Source: Octopus vulgaris
Taxonomy: Eukaryota
Length of the DNA: 64,000 nucleotides
Reading direction: 5' to 3'
Assembly (NCBI GenBank): GCA_951406725.2
Contig: OX597814.1
Location: 120,218,001-120,282,000, forward strand
Of this stretch, positions 57,150 to 64,000 are shown piece by piece; the stretch's first letter is position 1; every line of letters begins with the position of its first letter. The notes under the pieces were generated by a model, which was given only the letters and a program-made list of their open reading frames with translations, was not told the DNA's origin and searched no databases. A program made the translations under genes and the position numbers.

Positions 57150-57211
<62 letters not shown>

Positions 57212-57213
57212 GT

Positions 57214-57444
57214 ATAACTTATAAAATAAGGGCAAAAGAAAAATTCTAATGCCAAATATGCCGAAAAAAAGACAAAATTGTCAATAACCATTATAATTTT
57301 GTCTTTTTTTCGGCATATTTGGCATTAGAATTTTTTTTTGCCCTTATTTTAAAAGTTATTCATAAATTTAACCTTTAAATGTATTTTTTGATATGCTGGC
57401 CATTGCTAAAGTTTTTTTCGAAAAAAAATTTATCCTACATTAGT
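57214..57444. repeat. Fold-back mini-insertion between (TA)n tracts
   Basis: 57214-57281 pairs with 57293-57359, then ~85 nt of unique tail to (TA)n. Confidence 0.85.
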
Positions 57445-57476
<32 letters not shown>

Positions 57477-57501
57477 CACACACATATATATATATATATA
57501 T

Positions 57502-57665
57502 AGTGGGAATTTACCAAAAAAAAAGCAAAGAACGAAGACGGGTGTGTAAACAACAAGCATTTGTAGTAGTTTAATGCTCGGGAAGTGAGAAAGTCTTTTA
57601 CGTTTCAAGCCTACGCTCTTCGACAGAATGGAACACAGAAATAAACCGGGAGAGAAAATTGAAAG
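57502..57665 (-). mobile_element. Short dispersed element with hammerhead-like variant (second copy 59540-59760)
   Basis: Both copies share gaagac.ggtg..taaacaa...ggaa...tttacgtttc.agcctacgctcttc.acagaa and abut microsatellites. Confidence 0.7.
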
Positions 57666-59433
57666 TATATATATATATATATAAGTGTAAAATACATACA
57701 TAAAACTGTGTGTTGAAGCCGAGCCATCGAGTGTAACATCGATATTTTCTTTGTTAAAGTTAATAAATATATTGTCTACTAAAAAGTATTCAATATTCTA
57801 AAGTGTTTTATATATAACTTGTCATAAAAAGAAACATGTACATGCGTGTGTATACTCATATAAACACACAGACACACAAACTCAGACACTCACTCACACA
57901 CACACATATTTAAACATAGCCCACGCAGCTGATATATAGTAAATTATTCCTATATGTACATATAGTTAGTAACTTGACAAATCTCTATTTGAATACCAAA
58001 TATATATTGAATTGAAGAAACGTATATTTGATTAATTTATCTTCCTGAATATATAATAGTATATACATGGAATTTGATTAGGTTGTGCATATTTAAGATA
58101 AGCTGTGATATAAGAGTGTTTAATATATTAACGGGGGTTGTTTCTTATAACATTTTACTGGAGTTTCATTCTTTTTCCAACTGATGAAACTTGAATTATT
58201 CTATATAGAAGTTTTCAATAGTTGCGTAATCTTTAAGATTTCCTGTCAATTATATGAACAAACATAATGAAACATCTCTCCATTCCAATGCAGCTAGCTA
58301 TTGAATATCCTGTATTTGTTTCACAAAGCAGCAACCGAATCATTTCTGAAAGTCTTCTGTAATTTAGAAAATTGTATTTGATATCTAATTCAAAGAACTT
58401 AGACATTTTATTGTTTTATTTTTAATGGTAAGACTTATGTCATCTCGAAAGGGGTAGTTATATAATCACAAATTCTAACTCTGATAGTCATAATTCATTA
58501 TCAAACAATACGTCAAATTATGAATTTCCCGATGTGATCTTTGTTAATGTTATTAAATATATGATTAAATCTATTGTTTCTTTAACATAGAAGAAAACTT
58601 ATTAAAATTAGCTTGGTTTTCATATCTAAGCTCCATACTTTACCTGATGTGTCAGCAGCTCCAGTAATATCGTGAGTTGAATATGTTTTTACATGATTAA
58701 ATTGACTGCTGTATAGCGCTTGTCGGGTAACGGTAGCCCTAACCCTACCTCACCTGACACTGACAAATTAACCTCATGCACACAAGAGCCCCAAATTTCC
58801 CAACAGCTAACCTGGGAAAAAAGTATATTGATTTACAATCCAAAACCTGCTAAACTATCTAAGGAGGTAGACAGTTTGTATGAGCAGATAAAGGTAATCA
58901 CAGAAGAGTGTGGGAATTTGCCTCGCGCTATGATTGTGTGATAGGAAACCCCAAATACTCATCAAGACTGGCAGAATACGGCAACAATGTTTTTCACTGG
59001 CAGACGAAAATCGACACCAGGTGTATAGCAGCAACGGTAGGTTAGAATGAACTTCTTAAAGACTTTCATATAGACATTCCATGTGATGAATAAGGGTTAA
59101 AAGTGTTCTAAAATATGTAAATTATCATGTATAACAAAGATGAATGATGTCACCCGGATGGTGGCTGGAGTCGAGAAGCTACATTTCATTTTTCATTTCA
59201 TTATTTAATTCATACTTTTCGTTCGATTTTACAAACCCCTCTGTGTTGGCCCCGTGTGAGCAATAAAGATATAAGTTCGTGTGCTGATAGTTCGAATCAG
59301 CGTGTTAGATTGTTCGTTATTAAAAGATTGTTGGTACGTCCCGTGAGGTTACTGTCGTTTCGTTCGATTATATTATTACACTCTTGCGTTTATCCATAAG
59401 GATATAACATACACACACACACACATATATATG

Positions 59434-59495
<62 letters not shown>

Positions 59496-59500
59496 GGTGT

Positions 59501-59539
<39 letters not shown>

Positions 59540-59542
<3 letters not shown>

Positions 59543-59760
59543 GGAGAGTTCACGAAAACAAACAAAAGTGGAAGACAGGTGGTGTATAAAACAAACAGAT
59601 GTATTAGTATAACGGTCAGGAAATTGAAAATGTCGTTTACGTTTCGAGCCTACGCTCTTCTACAGAAAGGGACACAGAAAAAAAAAACAAGGAGAGAAAG
59701 GAGAGAAAAAAGAAGAGAAAAAAGAGGAGAGAAAAATACGTGTAGTGGTTACCGATCTAT
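59540..59760 (-). mobile_element. Second copy of the 57502-57665 family
   Basis: Direct sequence similarity. Minus strand cttt-CTGTAGA-a gagc gtag gctc-GAAA-cg-TA. Confidence 0.7.
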
Positions 59761-60306
59761 CATATACATATATACATATATATACATATGTATATAATAA
59801 CAAATTAGATATACCTCCCAATATAGGTAAATTTGGAAATAATAATAGAGGATGAAATTAAAACAATGTATAGTGGTATAGTGTAATAACCCCTTGGTTC
59901 TAATCACATATAATACCCATAGTTCCCTGCTATCGTCTTCCTCAAATTACCATTTTAGTACCAGTAAAAAAAGGAAGATATGTAATTTTTCTTGTTATTT
60001 ATCAAATTTAAACATGCATTTTTATTCTCATGTTTAAACTTATACCTCAAATTCTGTATTTGACATATACTTGATTTTACATGATTGGTATATATATACT
60101 AATTAATATTTATAATGTAAAATTTAACAATTTTTATTCTTAATATTACGAAGTATAATTTTTATTCTTAATTTTCATTTATATTCTTAAATTTTATTCT
60201 TAATATTCTATTCTAAATTTCTAATTCGTAATTTTTAATCTTTCATGCTTAATTGTATTGCTTATTTTTAAAGGGATGTAAAATTTGATTTATAATATTC
60301 TGAAAT

Positions 60307-60350
60307 AGATCCGGAAGAGATGTTGGAATAATTGTAAACCTGATGATTGC

Positions 60351-60403
<53 letters not shown>

Positions 60404-60460
60404 CATTTGTGTATATTTATATATATTGTAATCTTCTAATACTGAAACACGTGTAGTTCC
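60307..60460 (+). ncRNA. Degenerate hammerhead-like motif with a (TA)n tract in loop II
   Basis: GAAA-cacgtg-TA-gttc 3' half. Candidate cores are CGGAAGA (~60312, with tgttggaa/ttctaata stem) or CTGATGA (~60340). Ambiguous. Confidence 0.45.
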
Positions 60461-62319
60461 CTCATATTTAATAAATACATGTATTAACTAAAGTATGATA
60501 TAATTAATGAAGTACATTATGTAGCTGGTAGATTAGGCTATCACCTTTAAGTGTTATTTCGTGATGTGCAAATTGATACCATGTGTTTACTGTCACATAT
60601 ACTCATTGGGTTATTTTTGTATTATCTCAAATAGAATACCCGCATATCGATTAATCTACAAAAATTGAATATTGACTTTTATCAGATACTTTGTATATTT
60701 ATAGATAAATATATAGATATACGATAAATAAGACCCCAATGCACGATATGTAGATGCATATAACGCTGTAGGGTTACACCTGATTCATTTGGAAATTTGT
60801 TTTCCCAAATTATAATATATATACATATATATTTATGTACCACAATCATGTTGTTCATAGTGAGTTTTGTAATTGTTTTTTTGAATCCGATCGCAGACAC
60901 TTTTGAGGTACAGTCTATACTTTCAGATGCCCAATTGTTCCATTGCGTAAATACTTTCAGTAGCAGTTGAATATGGCTACTACTTGAAAGCTTATCCATG
61001 TCCTCGTAGATGTTATAACGCATTCTTATAAGACTTTGGGTATGTTATCAAAGTTGAGAAAGTAACGTACTCAATGCATTGAGATAAACATGTGAGATAA
61101 ACCAAATAAAGCAAATCTAAATAGAAATAACTGAAAAAGATATAATTTGATGCTGTCTCAACTAAGCAATCTTCTGACCATAATTTGATATTTTCAGCGA
61201 CTTAAATAGGTTGCATGTAATGATGGTGTTTATACGTAACATAGCATTGTATCTGTGTGTTAATGTTGACATTGCTTTTGCCAATAAAGCACTTGAAATT
61301 ATATCAGAATGGTCAAAACATAATTGTATTATATCATTTTGTCCTTTCCGAAGCTATATTGATTCCTGTAAATGCAATAGTCGTATTTAATGGTATATAC
61401 ATAGAGATAGATAGATGTGTATGTATGTGTGTTTGATATTCTATGTCAATTAATGTCAGAACTCCTTTCTCGCAGTAGGAAATAAATGTTTATTTTGCTG
61501 ATTGCGTTGCAATGCAGTACAATGCTAGCATTTTTGGTACGGGAATTGCGTAATAAATTTGGCACGAAATGACGAAACGACTTATACTAAATTGAAGCAT
61601 GATTGCTTAGATATGTGGAGAAAATATTGTCTCTGAACACAAACACAATCACTAGTGTGTGAGAACAACCATATATGCTTATATGTGTGTGTGTGTGAGT
61701 GTTTTGTGTGTGTGCGGGTGTGTGTAGGTGCATGCGTGTGAGCGTGCTTGTATGTATGTATGGAAAGAATTTGGGAAAAATCTAAAAGTCTAGCCTTGAT
61801 ATTTGATATCGTAATAATAAGGTGAATACTAGAGAGAAAAAAGAAAGAAGTATGTAGAATTGTAATATCGAATGATGCCAAATAGAATTTTGGTAACTAT
61901 GAATTACAAAATAGCAGAAATTAGAAAATAATTACGAAAATATATGGAGAAGTCCGGATTTATGCGTAAGTAATGTGCTTGTCCCGTTGCTAATCAATAT
62001 ATAAATATAAGAGTTTCTGTGGAACAAAAATGTATTGTATAATAAGGTTATTTTGTCTAGAAGAACTAAGGTGAATGAACCTGCTGACTGGATGCATTAT
62101 ACATACGCCAAATCCTTCACAGTTTTCAGAACCTAAGTAAATCAATCATGTTCATGTGTGAACGGGATTAAATTTAAAATCCAAGTGATTAAACTTTCAT
62201 CATTTCGAATATAGTGAGAATCAGAACATAACAGCCACCTGATGGTTCGAAGTTATTAAGTATACAGAGAAAACACCTAAAATAAAAATTATAGTACCGA
62301 TTAAATAATGCAAAAAAAT

Positions 62320-62500
62320 AACATTGGCTCATAGTGTCGGCTTTCCGGTTTTCTTGGCGTATAGATCCCCCACCTGGATGGGACACCGGTCCGTCGCAGG
62401 TGAGCTGCAAGATGCAGGAGGAAAGAGTGAGAGAAAGTTGTGGCGAAAGAGTCAGCAGAAGTTCGCTTTTACCTTCTATATTGTTGTGCATGCATGTGGT
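62320..62500 (-). mobile_element. SINE-like fragment
   Basis: Minus strand cctgcgacggaccggtgtcccatccagg resembles conserved SINE central/3' domains. GC-rich island in AT-rich flanks. Confidence 0.5.
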
Positions 62501-64000
62501 CAGTGATAACAATACATTTGTTAAAACACGTTTTCATGGCCAGACTTTCTATCTAACAGATAACCCTTCTTAGATTTACAATTACATTTATGCTCATATT
62601 AGGTGAAATGTGTGTAGCTGATTGAGAACATAAGGGTTGGAGAAACTGCTTCTAGGATGTCATTAAGGTGTTATGAGTTCAGGTATCACCAAAAATTACT
62701 GTGAAGGTCTAATTCAAAAAATATAGTACTAGTCAGATAGTTAGGGCTGTATGAATTGCTCTGCTCACGTCGTTTTAATTCAGTCTGTTAATCTTTTTCT
62801 TTTTGAAAATAAAAGATGAGTGCCTAAGTTGGGTATGCAGAAAGCTCCTAAATTGCCCAATGCCGTTGTATATATTTCATTGGCGCCCACGCAACTCCAT
62901 AAAGATTTAAAGGCACAAAAATATTTATATTACGCATACATGCATTCATAAGTGGATACACACACACACACATGCATAAACGTTCCTGAAGTTTATCATT
63001 TAAGTATATATGAGCAGGTCTAATATGCAATCATATGCATGAGAATACGTACATGCATAAAACAAAACATACAATTCTGCATATATACATACAAAAATAG
63101 GATATAGGTTAGAAACCGACTATTTCTGTATCGGTAAGAAATCTTGAAATAATACTGAATGAAGACATACATACATACATTCATAAATACATGTTTTGAC
63201 GTAATGGTGAGAATTGAAATGTGTAAATTATTATGCGCTTCCAACTGCTTAGATATTGCCCACATCGTCACATTTTCCTCATCACAGTAATTCTTAAGAT
63301 GGAATGACAAATAATGTCACCATAATGAGAAATCTCTACATCATTCTACTATTGTGATAAACATTTACACAATATGAGACCCACTCTTTGAGTCTATCTC
63401 ATTTTTTTCTAGTGAGTGGCCGAGGCAAAATGACCTGCAACGAATTGAAACCGTTGGTTTTAAAACAGAGCGTCCCTATCCTAGACGGATGCTGTAACAA
63501 CAGCTAGGTGTCCTTCATCCTCAGACATTTGCACACCAAGAAAAGAACCAAATATGTTCCTGTATCCTAACGCTCAGATAGAATGTCATCACATATGCCC
63601 ATTAACTCGTAACAGGGATCCTCACTGGTACTGCTAATCCAGGAAAAAAAGTGGCTAACAGATTGTTCCTTAAAACCCCTAGAAGTCCCGAACTGGAGCT
63701 ACCAGCATGAAGCAGTTTAATGTCATAACCAGGACGATGCACATACATATTTCCATTCATACACGCAAGCACACCAGAATTAACACGGTAGCTCACACGC
63801 GCATGCATGCAATTACATACATATTAATTATAAAAAAGCTAATAGAAATTCTATCAACAAACTGACATGACCTATAAGTATAGCAAATAGAAGGAGTGAG
63901 GTTTTGTTTGGTTTAGACAATTAATCTATCAGAAAATATAATACTGTTATAAACCATACATTATTACAAATTTCAAAACATCGTACATAAACGTATTTAT

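Larger units (their letters stand above)
55771..57157. mobile_element. Palindromic insertion of a ~560-nt non-coding HHR unit (two divergent arms, each ~1.2 units)
   Basis: atcaacaattgagggtaaa at 55771 and 56332 (period 561). Inversion junction at ~56450. ctgtatttacctcc at 56451 and 56993. Both ends in (TA)n. Confidence 0.9.

Noticed and set aside
55771-57157. DNA transposon/foldback with long TIRs, or CRISPR-like array
   Set aside because: The arms end at different positions of a tandem unit, so the termini are not mutual TIRs. There is no repeat-spacer pattern and the context is eukaryotic.

Overview
AT-rich, microsatellite-saturated eukaryotic DNA with no host gene I can support. Its repeat content resembles a cephalopod (octopus-like) genome, which is an inference. 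Almost all ORFs in the supplied track are translations of (TA)n/(CA)n/(TATC)n/(TAA)n repeats. The real content is transposable elements: several tRNA-headed SINE families, an R4/Dong-type LINE 3' end, a CR1/L2-type LINE 3' end, a LINE ORF1 zinc-knuckle remnant, mariner remnants and MITEs, a non-autonomous Helitron, and many Penelope-like element (PLE) fragments, one with an open GIY-YIG endonuclease frame (18663-19511). The most notable signal, read by eye, is about 17 type I hammerhead-ribozyme (HHR)-like motifs of varying quality from roughly ten sequence families. Several lie in short non-coding units (about 357 nt and 560 nt) that occur as slightly-more-than-one-unit, circularly permuted and/or fold-back insertions, mostly ending in (TA)n tracts. 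This looks like a retrozyme-like (circular RNA) system probably mobilised by PLE machinery. Core variants include a compensatory U3-A8 pair and a recurrent U4C. Coordinates were counted manually and element boundaries are approximate.
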